A DNA stretch of 49,698 nt from Draconibacterium orientale (GTDB taxonomy: Bacteria > Bacteroidota > Bacteroidia > Bacteroidales > FEN-979). Position numbers and translations under genes: made by a program. Shown here piece after piece: positions 24,755 to 33,964 of the stretch (position 1 is its first letter; the number at the start of each line of letters is the position of its first letter). The notes beneath the pieces are model-generated. The model was not told where the DNA came from and did not search any database. It saw only the letters and a list, made by a program, of their open reading frames with translations. The stretch is from contig DYQT01000002.1 in assembly GCA_020719165.1 (NCBI GenBank), forward strand, positions 1 through 49,698. The letters run 5' to 3'.

Positions 24755-26472
24755 TATTTCACACCAATGGATCCGAAGGTAAGCCCTGCCTTTTGTTTTG
24801 TAATTGCGATCCACTTAGGGCGACACATCAGGTATTTGAATGCATCTGTGAAGTTTGTTGATTCCATTGCCAGGCGTGACGATGGTAACTTGTCACCCTT
24901 CTTAACCTTTTGAATTTCATTCTTGGCGCTCTTGGTTACAGGGGTAACCTCCAATTGATTCTTTAACTCACGACATTCAAACATATCGATCAGAAGCTTT
25001 GGCAATCGTTTGTCCTTCTCTCCCATCATTATGTTCATCAGATTGAATTCATCACTATGGGATATGTTACCCTGGCCAATGTTCATCAATTGGACAATCC
25101 AACCAGTACGCACGCCTGCTTTGGTGAATTCGATATCATGTTTGAGTTGTGTGGCAAAGTCACGGCCACTCTTTCGGTATTGGTTGGCCGACCGGTCATG
25201 GTAAAGATGGAACACCTTCTTCTTATGTGGCTCAAAGAACGTGATGAACTTATCAGCCAGCTCACGGATCCACTCGGGGGTTAACGTGTAGATTCCTTTA
25301 AGGATACGATAGTTGTTTCCTTGCTCCTGCCCTATTACCAGGCTCATCATGTTGCCTGCATCGAACCCACCCTCCAGTATCTGATCATGGCCTATGTGTC
25401 TTAACCCTGTTGATGTCTGCACCAGGTTCGACTTCAGGCTGAACTGATCATAGTAATCGTAGTTGTACCCATCACGATAGAAATGCTTATCAGCCAGGGC
25501 GCCATAGAACCGTGAACTAACTTCCAGCGTTTTGCGCATGGACAGTACTGCTGTTTTGAATTCTTCAAAGTCAAGCGTATCCAGCAGATTCTTAAAATAT
25601 TTCAGGGTAAGTATGTCAGCATTGGCAAATGATGATACGATATAAAAGAATGTGCTGTCCTGCCTGATCTTGCCAAGGCGCTCCATCCAGCGCTGGCGAT
25701 TCTTTTTTATGTTCTCAATCTTTTTGGAATCTTCTCCCTTCTTGATGGCAAAAAAGATTTCCAGGTTTATTTCGTTCAGGATGAACGCCGCCTTGATGAT
25801 CCGAGTGATCTGCTGCTTATCCATCTTCTTTTCCATGCGCAACATCCAATCGCTTTCACCAACCGCAGGGTCAGGCATGTCACTGCAGAAGGTTTGACCC
25901 ATAAAGTAATGGCTATGCCCGTAAAGATTGTAATCGCCTCTCAGGGTAGGGAAAAGCTTATTGAGCTTCTCTTCCTGCAGATACTTTGATTCATCCCCGA
26001 AGTGATGAACAACCGATATCCCAGCATTGGCGCTGGGCCGGTCCAGGGAGGTCAGGAAGAATTTACAACCATTGAATGTAGTGATGGTGTGTTTGTATGA
26101 AAAGGTTTTGATCAGCGGTTTCGGCCAGTGATCGGGTGGTTCCTGGTCAACAACGAAATGATAGTTCTCAATAAATCCCTGGCGGCTCTCCCATCCAAGG
26201 ATTATGGCCGGAATGATGTTGGTCATCAGGTTTACATAGGTATCCGATACAAATGCAAATGATGCACGAGGCATGTCATAGATGATATCGATTGATCTCT
26301 TTGCCAGGACATCGGTACTTTTGGCAGTTCCACGGCCACCATACAGATAGAGGTTTGTTGGCTTGATCAGGTCAATCAGTGTCGCTATCCAGTTGGAGTA
26401 ACGAATATCTGCTTCCTCAGAGGTTATCTTATTCTTGGACATTTTCGGCCATTTCAAATATGATATCTTCAA
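24754..26472 (-). CDS. terL: Terminase large subunit
   Basis: 572 aa with Walker A YGGRGTAKS near the N-terminus and an acidic Walker-B-like HHFGDESKY. Size and architecture are typical. Confidence 0.8.
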   Translation of the reverse strand: MKISYLKWPKMSKNKITSEEADIRYSNWIATLIDLIKPTNLYLYGGRGTAKSTDVLAKRSIDIIYDMPRASFAFVSDTYVNLMTNIIPAIILGWESRQGFIENYHFVVDQEPPDHWPKPLIKTFSYKHTITTFNGCKFFLTSLDRPSANAGISVVHHFGDESKYLQEEKLNKLFPTLRGDYNLYGHSHYFMGQTFCSDMPDPAVGESDWMLRMEKKMDKQQITRIIKAAFILNEINLEIFFAIKKGEDSKKIENIKKNRQRWMERLGKIRQDSTFFYIVSSFANADILTLKYFKNLLDTLDFEEFKTAVLSMRKTLEVSSRFYGALADKHFYRDGYNYDYYDQFSLKSNLVQTSTGLRHIGHDQILEGGFDAGNMMSLVIGQEQGNNYRILKGIYTLTPEWIRELADKFITFFEPHKKKVFHLYHDRSANQYRKSGRDFATQLKHDIEFTKAGVRTGWIVQLMNIGQGNISHSDEFNLMNIMMGEKDKRLPKLLIDMFECRELKNQLEVTPVTKSAKNEIQKVKKGDKLPSSRLAMESTNFTDAFKYLMCRPKWIAITKQKAGLTFGSIGVK

Positions 26473-27361
26473 TCATTGCATCACGGCGAAGCCTGAGCTT
26501 ATCTTTCTCAGGAATCTCGTAATTATCAATCTCTGCCGCCAGCTCATTGCGATTGGCCGCTGTCAAACCAAGATCGGTGATCTTGATCGAATACAGGATC
26601 GGGCGGCGATCGAGTATTTCAACAGGGATCTGTTGTGGCTTCTCTTTGTTAACCCCGCGCAGGTTGGCTGCATCGATCAAACACCGGCGGGCTGTTTCAA
26701 AGTCGTTGGTGTTGAAGCAAAGCAGGAAAAGGTTATCAAGCCGTTCGGCATAGATATTCTTCCAGGCTTCTGTCTTCACTTCATTGTTATTGACATAGTA
26801 GAAGTTCACCACTTCGTTGAACAGCCGCTCAGCTTCATAAGGGCGAAGGGTACTCCATTTCTGGCGGATGCGGTCAATGATCTGTGTCTTGGAAGAGTAG
26901 TTTGCAAAAAGTTCCCTGATAAATTCAACCTGCTCAAAATCGGCATCGATCAGCGCCAGCATGTTGTCAGGAGAATCGTTGATCTTCTCAACATTGGTGA
27001 TCATTTTACGGCTCGACTGAACAATAATCTTCTGCTTCTCCTGCTCAATCTTTTGTTGCCAGACATCCTTCTTGAATTGCTGGATTGAAGTCTGGTTTCC
27101 ATCCTTGGCACGTTTGAGCGTGCCTTTATCCACTTCGGCCTTGGCGATCAGGATCCCGCGGTCGTAATGATATTTGACATGCCCGGCTTTATAGTCCGGA
27201 TCCAGCTCATTGATATCGCATAAACGAACAAACTCTTCCCGCGAAAGATTCATGATCATGGCGATCTGCCCGGGTGAGAATTGATTTCCTGCAAGTATTT
27301 CGACCGTTTTAATCTGGTCGGCGCTCAATTCCATAAAGTATCTCCTTTTTCCGGAACTCAA
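26429..27361 (-). CDS. Terminase small subunit-like DNA-binding protein (tentative)
   Basis: 310 aa directly upstream of and overlapping terL, with an N-terminal HTH-like segment (FSPGQIAMIMNLSREEFVRL). Confidence 0.45.
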   Translation of the reverse strand: MSSGKRRYFMELSADQIKTVEILAGNQFSPGQIAMIMNLSREEFVRLCDINELDPDYKAGHVKYHYDRGILIAKAEVDKGTLKRAKDGNQTSIQQFKKDVWQQKIEQEKQKIIVQSSRKMITNVEKINDSPDNMLALIDADFEQVEFIRELFANYSSKTQIIDRIRQKWSTLRPYEAERLFNEVVNFYYVNNNEVKTEAWKNIYAERLDNLFLLCFNTNDFETARRCLIDAANLRGVNKEKPQQIPVEILDRRPILYSIKITDLGLTAANRNELAAEIDNYEIPEKDKLRLRRDAMIEDIIFEMAENVQE

Positions 27362-27896
27362 ATATTTTCCGGTTATTTAAAAAAACATATTGCTCATGTG
27401 CGGCATTCTCCGAGAAGTTGCCGGATCCTTCAATATTGAAATAGTGATCTTCGGTTTTGATCAGGGCGATCTTGGAATGGTTCCACGAAAATGTTACGCG
27501 AATAGGTTTGTGTTCAACCACGGCCATCAGGTGATCACATACCTTTGGTAATCGTGATTTGATTGAATCACTGATAAATATGTCAACCTGTTTAATCATG
27601 CCTGCATCGATCAATCTCACCAGCGCATCAATGATCCTGATATTGATAGAGTAAGTTGACAGGATCAGTTCTTCAATAATCCCACATTCCCTGATGATGT
27701 AGGGAATAAAGGTGAATGAATTGAATGAGTTCACAGTCCATAAGAAGAAAATCTCACCATCTCCCGGAATTCTTCCCAGGAGATTTTTGATACTTTCTAT
27801 TCTTTCGCCATGCATCTGCAGGAACTGCTCAACCATTACGCCTGATTTATCCTCCTGTTCCGATCCATCACTTATGCCCAATATATCAAACATCAT
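27309..27896 (-). CDS. PLD-superfamily (single HKD) nuclease-like protein
   Basis: WNHSKIALIKTEDHYFNIEGSGNFSENAAHEQ fits the HxK...GSxN...E pattern of Nuc-type phospholipase-D-fold nucleases, with non-canonical spacing. Confidence 0.5.
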   Translation of the reverse strand: MMFDILGISDGSEQEDKSGVMVEQFLQMHGERIESIKNLLGRIPGDGEIFFLWTVNSFNSFTFIPYIIRECGIIEELILSTYSINIRIIDALVRLIDAGMIKQVDIFISDSIKSRLPKVCDHLMAVVEHKPIRVTFSWNHSKIALIKTEDHYFNIEGSGNFSENAAHEQYVFLNNRKIFEFRKKEILYGIERRPD

Positions 27897-27906
27897 AAAA
27901 ATTCAC

Positions 27907-28341
27907 TTATAAGTTAAGTAAACGGTTAACTTCAATCAGCTCCTGCTCCATTTTGCGGATCCTTTCCAGCCGGTCGGCGGTAAATATGTGACCGGGTTGC
28001 TTACGCACTTTAGCCCGGTTCTTTATAATGTTGTTCTCAATTCTGATTTTGAGGGTTACCAGGTCGCCAACTTTCATATGCCGGATGGCATCCAGGCGTT
28101 GCATCCAGGCGAAGATCGGATGGTGGCCAAGCACAGCGCCATGCTGCTTGTAATAATTCAGCTCATCCCAGATAGCACGGTTTACCAGATAATTCTCAAC
28201 CGTGTCGCGTGAAGCTGTTTCAATATGCTCAAAGGTGGTTGCAACGAATAAAGCTTCATGGCTTAGCTTATAGGCATCATGAGCCGTTAGCATATCTGCC
28301 ACGAGGATTTTAAGCTCAGGGGGACAGGTCGGAAGCCGCAA
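27907..28341 (-). CDS. Hypothetical protein
   Basis: 144-aa ORF. The track start appears to be non-ATG, so the true start is uncertain. Confidence 0.5.
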   Translation of the reverse strand: MRLPTCPPELKILVADMLTAHDAYKLSHEALFVATTFEHIETASRDTVENYLVNRAIWDELNYYKQHGAVLGHHPIFAWMQRLDAIRHMKVGDLVTLKIRIENNIIKNRAKVRKQPGHIFTADRLERIRKMEQELIEVNRLLNL

Positions 28342-28403
28342 AAAGGGAAATTCATCCCGGATTCGGAATGCCGGAACGGAATTGAGCGTTACTTTTTGCG
28401 GCT

Positions 28404-28799
28404 CTATTTTTTTACCGGGGGGTCGGCTTTTTTGTTTTTCTTCCCAGGTGCCGGGGGTGAAACCTTTAAATCATTTTTTTTCGGGCCAGGGGTTGGGAAC
28501 CTTGATAAATATTCATCATCGGCTTTGAGTGGTTGTCCATCGTTTTCAACCTGTGGTTCCGGTTTAATCTCCCTGGAAGGAATAACAACAGCTTTTGAAA
28601 GAATCACATTCAGCTCGGACACTTTCAGCATTGCAAGCTCCCGAAGTTCCTCAATGATGCATCCCTTGAGGTAATCACTTTCGGGATGGATGTTGAGTTG
28701 TTTCTTCAGTCCGAGTTTCGGGCTGTACTTTATGATCAGGGAAACGCCGCTCCGATAGGAGCGATCGGTTTCAAGATATTTTATAATTTCAGTTTTCAT
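28404..28799 (-). CDS. Hypothetical protein with a Lys/Pro-rich C-terminal tail
   Basis: 131-aa ORF, co-oriented. Confidence 0.6.
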   Translation of the reverse strand: MKTEIIKYLETDRSYRSGVSLIIKYSPKLGLKKQLNIHPESDYLKGCIIEELRELAMLKVSELNVILSKAVVIPSREIKPEPQVENDGQPLKADDEYLSRFPTPGPKKNDLKVSPPAPGKKNKKADPPVKK

Positions 28800-28816
28800 A
28801 GCGATTTGATTTTGAT

Positions 28817-28851
28817 AAAAAACCCCATCGCACTACCTGAGCACGATGGGG
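28817..28851 (-). terminator. Intrinsic terminator after 28875..29687
   Basis: CCCCATCG/CGATGGGG stem (28823-28851), followed on the minus strand by T6. Confidence 0.65.
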
Positions 28852-28874
28852 AAAAAAAGAGGAGAAAAAGCATC

Positions 28875-29687
28875 TTATTTACGGCTGCGCTCAAAGAATT
28901 TCCATGTGCTGGCTCCATCCTTGAAGGCTTCGAAGGTAATCTCAGCGCTGGCGATGCCCGACCATGCGGTACCGCTAACGAGAACAAAGTCATCACCGGT
29001 GATGGCTGGCGGATAAGTTCCACCACTGCCAATCAGGGTAAATTTCATGCCGGCAACAGCATTGGTGCAGGTAGTAATGTCAACAATCGCGGCAGATCCA
29101 ACAGTGAGCTGGTAACGTCCTTCACCGGTAGTCAGGTTAACGGATGTTGCATCAGCAGCAACAGTGGCTACAACAGTGTCGAAGGTGGTGGTACCCTGAT
29201 AATCGGCAACGTCGGGGCCTTTTTGAGTTGACTTGAACGTGAACGTTGTTTTGTTCTTGTCCTTGTCGTCTTCGCTCTTGAAAACCATCTGCAGCGGAGC
29301 GCAGGGCGTACCATACAGGTTTTTCTTTTCGGTTGAACATTTCTCGATAATGATACCGATGTTTTTGTTCATCCAGTTGGCGCGGAATTCACGAATTTCA
29401 ACAGAATCGCCAGGATGCTCAAAATCGACACTCTGTTCTATTCCTTTTGCATCAGGATCGCCGGTGCTGTCGGCTCCGGCTTTTATGGTACTCTGGGTTG
29501 CATAGATTTTACTCATATACGCGCCAGGGTTGAAAGCAAGGTTGCCGGTAATCACAATTCCCTTTGAATCGCGAGCCGGGTTGGTCAGAACATCGTCCCA
29601 GTCGAAAACGAGGATCTTATCTTTTTTGTCCCCACCCACACCTTTATTGTCACCGGGTTTGAGGACATCGATTTTTACGTAGGTCAT
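28875..29687 (-). CDS. Virion protein sharing the capsid C-terminal repeat domain (decoration or major-tail candidate)
   Basis: 270 aa. The C-terminal ~90 aa (..TLIGSGGTYPPAITGDDFVLVSGTAWSGIASAEITFEAFKDG..FFERSR) align with the two C-terminal repeats of 29766..31922. Confidence 0.6.
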   Translation of the reverse strand: MTYVKIDVLKPGDNKGVGGDKKDKILVFDWDDVLTNPARDSKGIVITGNLAFNPGAYMSKIYATQSTIKAGADSTGDPDAKGIEQSVDFEHPGDSVEIREFRANWMNKNIGIIIEKCSTEKKNLYGTPCAPLQMVFKSEDDKDKNKTTFTFKSTQKGPDVADYQGTTTFDTVVATVAADATSVNLTTGEGRYQLTVGSAAIVDITTCTNAVAGMKFTLIGSGGTYPPAITGDDFVLVSGTAWSGIASAEITFEAFKDGASTWKFFERSRK

Positions 29688-29728
29688 TTACTTTGCTGTG
29701 TTAAGGGTTAAGCAGTGGCGAAAGCCGG

Positions 29729-29757
29729 TGGGGTGAAGAGTAGATAAGTCTTCACCC
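29729..29757 (-). other. 10-bp stem-loop after the capsid gene
   Basis: GGGGTGAAGA (29729-29738) pairs with TCTTCACCCC (29748-29757). No clear U tract. Confidence 0.6.
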
Positions 29758-29765
29758 CATCCCGG

Positions 29766-31922
29766 TTATCCGCGTGCGATTTCGTAGAATTTCTCGTTCG
29801 TTGCTTTTTCAAGCGTGATGTAGGTTCCTGCCAGCAGGGTCATAGCCGCGGTGAGAACGAAGTTCCCGGCATTGGCCATGGTTACTGCATTGGTGTCGCT
29901 TCCGCCATAGATGGTGTAAACCGTGTCGGTTACAGCATTGTCAAAGGTGGTGAAGGCCGTTGGTACGGTATTAACAACCGTGATGAACGAAGTTCCGGCA
30001 GCCACATCAGGCGTGGTATCATCGGCAGTCAAGGCAATTGCGGTGCTGGTAACAGCTTCGCGCTTGAGTTCGATGAATTTACCGTCAGACCTTTTCTTCA
30101 GGTAGATTTTATCACCAACAGCCGGTGTCCAGGCAGCGGTGATCAGTGAGAAGTTGCCGGCGGCGGCAATGGTGACGGCGTTGGTTGCGTTTCCGCATTT
30201 CAGGATTACTTCCTGTCCAACAGCACAATCATCAATACCCGTGATGGCGGTAGCAGCCGAGTTAGCCACGCTGATCAGGCTGGTGTGGTTGAGCACACTT
30301 GGCGTTGTGTCGTTTGCATCCATGGATACAAAGAAATCGGAGGGTTCGTCAACATCGTTGCAGAAGATCATCTGGGTAGAGTAATCGCCAGGCATTGCTG
30401 CAGCAGAAGCGTATTTACGTCCAACCATGTAAGCCCAAACGGATTCTCTCCAGTTTGACCATACTTTCAATCTCCAGTCCTGCTGCTCCATGTTGAAATT
30501 CAACATTTCGCCAGATTTATCCTCGAAGAGGGCGATATTACCTTCAACGGTCCAGATGAGCCGTTTGCTGGGGGCCATGCCCTGAATGGCAACGATTTTC
30601 ACGTTAGGATATTCCTTCACGTATTCAATGCCACCTTTATAGTCCTGATTTAACCCGTAAAGGGTTTCGAGGTTGGTGTTGTAATCACTCAGGGTATCAG
30701 TGCTCATGTACAGAACCAAACGTCCACTGTCGCGGAGAACTTCCGGGATCAGCTTGGTTCCATTCTTCACATGCGATGCGATGGTGGAAGGGGTCCACTC
30801 TCCGAGGTTGAAAGCCTGCATTTTGAAAGCAGCGAGCTGGATCTTGATAAACTTCAGGATACCATTCGAAGCCTGCAGGGAGGTACCGGCCACATTGGCG
30901 GTGGGGTTCTTACGAACGCCACGAACACGGCGCTGTTCCTGCTCATTCTTGAGTTTTTTGCCGGTTTCAACCAGAATATACTCAATGAATGACCATTTCA
31001 TTGGCGATGATCCTTCGCGGTTCAGGTAACCGATCCAGCTTTTTTCAAGCTCTTTCAGTTGTTTGAACTCATGAGCGAACATTACATCGTACATGGTGAG
31101 GGTTTCCGGCTCAAACTTGTAGCCACCTTTAACCACATTTTCGAAGGTACTTCCCAGGGAAGTGCTGTCTGCCTGAGAGAAATCATCGGTAAGGAACATG
31201 TTCACCAACACGGCCTGATCCTGGTACCCACTTTCGAGCGGGAAGATGGCGGTGAGTGATGGCAGGCTCATCAAAAATGACTGAACCCGGTCCTGTTTGC
31301 GGATACGGTAATATTCGCCCAGGTCAGATCCCAATGAGGAATAGTCGAGCGATGAAGCTGCACGGGGCGAAGACATTTCGATTCCGTGGCGGGCGGCGAT
31401 CGATGCATAAGCCCTGCGGTTGTAGCCGTGGGCATCGTCGATGGCAAAGAATGGCTGGTTTTCACCATACAGGTGCGTATCCTGCCCGGATGGCACCCAG
31501 TTTTTGGGATTGTTTTTCATAACAGGATTTGGGTCCGGATCTGCTTCCGGTTTTTTGGTGAGTGTGGCAATGATGCCATCTTTCTCGGTGATGATATCCG
31601 CGAGCTTATCTTTCGCAGCTTTTTCAGCAGTGAGTTCGCGTTGAGCCTGCTGTTTTTCTGCCTCGATTTTCAGGTTTTCTTTTACTAATGCCTCCAACTT
31701 GATATGCAATGCAGCAAACATGTCCTGAACTTCTTTTTCGTCCGTGGCATTACCCTCCGGATCATTGGACAGCGCAGAAACGAACTTCTTAGTGAATTCC
31801 TCACCGAGATTTCCCTTCAGCTTTGTCAATTGTTCCTCGGTAAGCGATACTTTACCATCCGGGTCTTTGGCAAAAGCCTGAAGACCGAGGAATGCCAGGA
31901 CGGTAATCATGAATTGTTTCAT
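29766..31922 (-). CDS. Major capsid-like protein with an N-terminal coiled-coil (scaffold-like) region and two C-terminal ~85-aa repeat domains
   Basis: 718 aa. Translationally coupled (4-nt overlap) to the S49 protease gene, the classic protease-then-capsid order. The fold could not be verified. Confidence 0.6.
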   Translation of the reverse strand: MKQFMITVLAFLGLQAFAKDPDGKVSLTEEQLTKLKGNLGEEFTKKFVSALSNDPEGNATDEKEVQDMFAALHIKLEALVKENLKIEAEKQQAQRELTAEKAAKDKLADIITEKDGIIATLTKKPEADPDPNPVMKNNPKNWVPSGQDTHLYGENQPFFAIDDAHGYNRRAYASIAARHGIEMSSPRAASSLDYSSLGSDLGEYYRIRKQDRVQSFLMSLPSLTAIFPLESGYQDQAVLVNMFLTDDFSQADSTSLGSTFENVVKGGYKFEPETLTMYDVMFAHEFKQLKELEKSWIGYLNREGSSPMKWSFIEYILVETGKKLKNEQEQRRVRGVRKNPTANVAGTSLQASNGILKFIKIQLAAFKMQAFNLGEWTPSTIASHVKNGTKLIPEVLRDSGRLVLYMSTDTLSDYNTNLETLYGLNQDYKGGIEYVKEYPNVKIVAIQGMAPSKRLIWTVEGNIALFEDKSGEMLNFNMEQQDWRLKVWSNWRESVWAYMVGRKYASAAAMPGDYSTQMIFCNDVDEPSDFFVSMDANDTTPSVLNHTSLISVANSAATAITGIDDCAVGQEVILKCGNATNAVTIAAAGNFSLITAAWTPAVGDKIYLKKRSDGKFIELKREAVTSTAIALTADDTTPDVAAGTSFITVVNTVPTAFTTFDNAVTDTVYTIYGGSDTNAVTMANAGNFVLTAAMTLLAGTYITLEKATNEKFYEIARG

Positions 31923-32812
31923 AGGTTGTTTTTAAAATTTATGGATTTCGATTGATTAATAAGTTTATTGGCAAGGCCTAATTCGTAGACTTTGATAAGC
32001 GCATTTTGCATGGTGGTGATCTCGTTGATCAACCCAAATGACTGGGCCTGTGCGGCGAAATAATCAGCACCGGTGAAAACCTCAGATTCAGCCGGTATGT
32101 TCAGATTATTCTGAATAGCCTGGTGAAAAATGCCATTGACAAAATCAACCCGGTCAAGGATCAGTTTTGTTTCGCCTGTTTCTTTGAAAGCCCTCCAAAC
32201 TTCATCCTTCCGGGTGGCCAGGGTGGCGTATATATCGGTGATCTTGATTCCGATCTTTTCCAGCAATACGGCATAATCCTCAATGGATGTTTTGGTACCG
32301 ATGCTGCCGATGATGTCCATTGGCGAAGTGGCAATACGGTAATTGGTTGCCGAGATCACCCACATGGCAGCGGAAGCGGCCATGCCCATCACCACCGAAA
32401 CGGAAGGTTTTGATAATCCTTTAATGGTGTTGGCCAGAACGTCAATCTGGGAAACCATCCCGCCGGGGGAGTTTACTACAAATAAGATTGAGTTGATGCG
32501 TGGATTTTCTTCGGCCTCATGGATCAGTTTCATAAGATAAACACTGTCCCATGAGCAAATCACACCATCAATAGGAATAACAGCCACAGAATTGTCAGCG
32601 ATATCCGGATCATAGAGGTGGCACCATTTTACAGTTTCTATTTTCTTTTCCGGATTAGACCATCCAAAGACATAAGGCTTTGGCCCATCTGTCGGTTTGG
32701 TTAGGATATCCTGTCCTTTAATGAAGGCGATGAGCACCGGTAAATAAGAAATGGCCGTATCCTGACGGATCAGCCATTGGGCACCAAGAATGGAGAATAT
32801 GCGATTTAACAT
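31919..32812 (-). CDS. S49-family (SppA/ClpP-like) prohead protease
   Basis: ILFVVNSPGGMVSQ...VVMGMAASAAMWVISATNYRIATSPMDIIGSIGT matches the S49 serine-peptidase core. Confidence 0.8.
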   Translation of the reverse strand: MLNRIFSILGAQWLIRQDTAISYLPVLIAFIKGQDILTKPTDGPKPYVFGWSNPEKKIETVKWCHLYDPDIADNSVAVIPIDGVICSWDSVYLMKLIHEAEENPRINSILFVVNSPGGMVSQIDVLANTIKGLSKPSVSVVMGMAASAAMWVISATNYRIATSPMDIIGSIGTKTSIEDYAVLLEKIGIKITDIYATLATRKDEVWRAFKETGETKLILDRVDFVNGIFHQAIQNNLNIPAESEVFTGADYFAAQAQSFGLINEITTMQNALIKVYELGLANKLINQSKSINFKNNL

Positions 32813-32832
32813 AGCGGTTATTTAAGAAGCCA

Positions 32833-32868
32833 CAATATTATATAGGTATGTACCGGTTGTAAAGGACT
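32833..32868 (-). promoter_or_regulatory. Phage promoter-class element P5, variant (AGTCCTTTAC-N18-TAATATTG)
   Basis: Motif at 32859-32868, spacer of exactly 18 nt, box at 32833-32840, and 20 nt to ATG 32812. Confidence 0.5.
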
Positions 32869-32878
32869 GAAAAAGGCC

Positions 32879-33334
32879 CTATGTGGTGAGCCAGCAAGCC
32901 CGGTAAATGGCCATGCACGAAAATTCAAGGGTTGATCCGGATCCTTTGGCCGAGAACTGCAATAGCTGTGTAAGCTTCGCACCATTGCCGATATCGCCCA
33001 TTAATTTGGCGGTTGAATCGTGGAATTGAATTTTTACCAGGCTTGGCCGGTTGAGAATTGCATCGAGCGAAGTGAGATTACCATCTCCATCACCAGGGAA
33101 AAGAAACCTCAGTGATTGTTCAATCAGCTCTCCGGCTTCTGCGTCTTTTGGTTTCTCGATAAACTCTGCACTACCGGGAGTAAGGTAAATCTCCTGCCAT
33201 GCCTTTCCGGTTTCGAAGGTAACCGACCGGTGGAACCGGTCGGATGAATTTGCGATCGCATCGATATCGGTAAGTGGTGCAAAATATATTTTGCACACCG
33301 TTGGGATCAAAGTTGTGTTTTTTGGGATGGTCAT
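32879..33334 (-). CDS. Hypothetical protein
   Basis: 151-aa ORF upstream of the protease gene. Confidence 0.6.
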   Translation of the reverse strand: MTIPKNTTLIPTVCKIYFAPLTDIDAIANSSDRFHRSVTFETGKAWQEIYLTPGSAEFIEKPKDAEAGELIEQSLRFLFPGDGDGNLTSLDAILNRPSLVKIQFHDSTAKLMGDIGNGAKLTQLLQFSAKGSGSTLEFSCMAIYRACWLTT

Positions 33335-33381
33335 AATTAAGTCTTTTTACGGTTAAAATATCATGTGAATATCAATGCCAA

Positions 33382-33924
33382 TTACTCCGAATGTGACACA
33401 TGTGAAACCTGTGAAACCGTTGGAACTATCGGACTAACAAGGCCTTTAACTGACGTATTTATTCTGTTTCTAAATAACCTACGTTTGTACCTGAGATTCA
33501 CGTATCTATAGAAGTCTTTTTGTAAAAAATCCCAACAATCTTGTGAAAGATCGTATTTTTCTATAAAAATTTCCAACGCATCCTGTTTTTCGATGCCATT
33601 TACGATAAGTTGAGACACTTCTGAGCGAAATGTTATTTTGAAAAATTTCCGAAGTTCTTTAACGAAAATTTTTTGTTTTAATGGTGACAGATAATTGTTG
33701 TACACAACGTTTTTTGTTTCAAAATAAGGCAGCTGGATCCACAGCGTTGCCGGACCGTAATCGGGCTGTTGAAAATCCAATGGAGGTTTATCCAAAAAAA
33801 CGTCCAGTAGATTCAGGAAGTGTGAATTCTTTGGGAAATTGATCGGCAAATTGCCCCACAACGAAACGGCGAATCTCACCAGGTAAGCATCGCATTTAAC
33901 TCGAATAATGATGTCAGATGGCAT
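33382..33924 (-). CDS. Hypothetical protein (basic C-terminal half)
   Basis: 180-aa ORF. Promoter element P6 ends 4 nt before its ATG. Confidence 0.6.
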   Translation of the reverse strand: MPSDIIIRVKCDAYLVRFAVSLWGNLPINFPKNSHFLNLLDVFLDKPPLDFQQPDYGPATLWIQLPYFETKNVVYNNYLSPLKQKIFVKELRKFFKITFRSEVSQLIVNGIEKQDALEIFIEKYDLSQDCWDFLQKDFYRYVNLRYKRRLFRNRINTSVKGLVSPIVPTVSQVSHVSHSE

Positions 33925-33928
33925 AGAG

Positions 33929-33964
33929 TAAAGTTATTTGGGTTAGTACTGGGATTAAAGGTCT
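33929..33964 (-). promoter_or_regulatory. Phage promoter-class element P6, variant (AGACCTTTAA-N18-TAACTTTA)
   Basis: Motif at 33955-33964, 18-nt spacer, box at 33929-33936, then CTCT and ATG 33924. Confidence 0.5.

Noticed and set aside
32712-32721. Additional promoter-class sites on the plus strand (TGTCCTTTAA at 32712-32721 and GGTCCTTTAA at 39489-39498)
   Set aside because: Both lie inside coding sequence, in the opposite orientation to the eight intergenic sites, and neither has a TAnnTTTG-like box 18 nt downstream. They are probably chance or coding-driven occurrences. They do show that the 9-mer alone is not sufficient.
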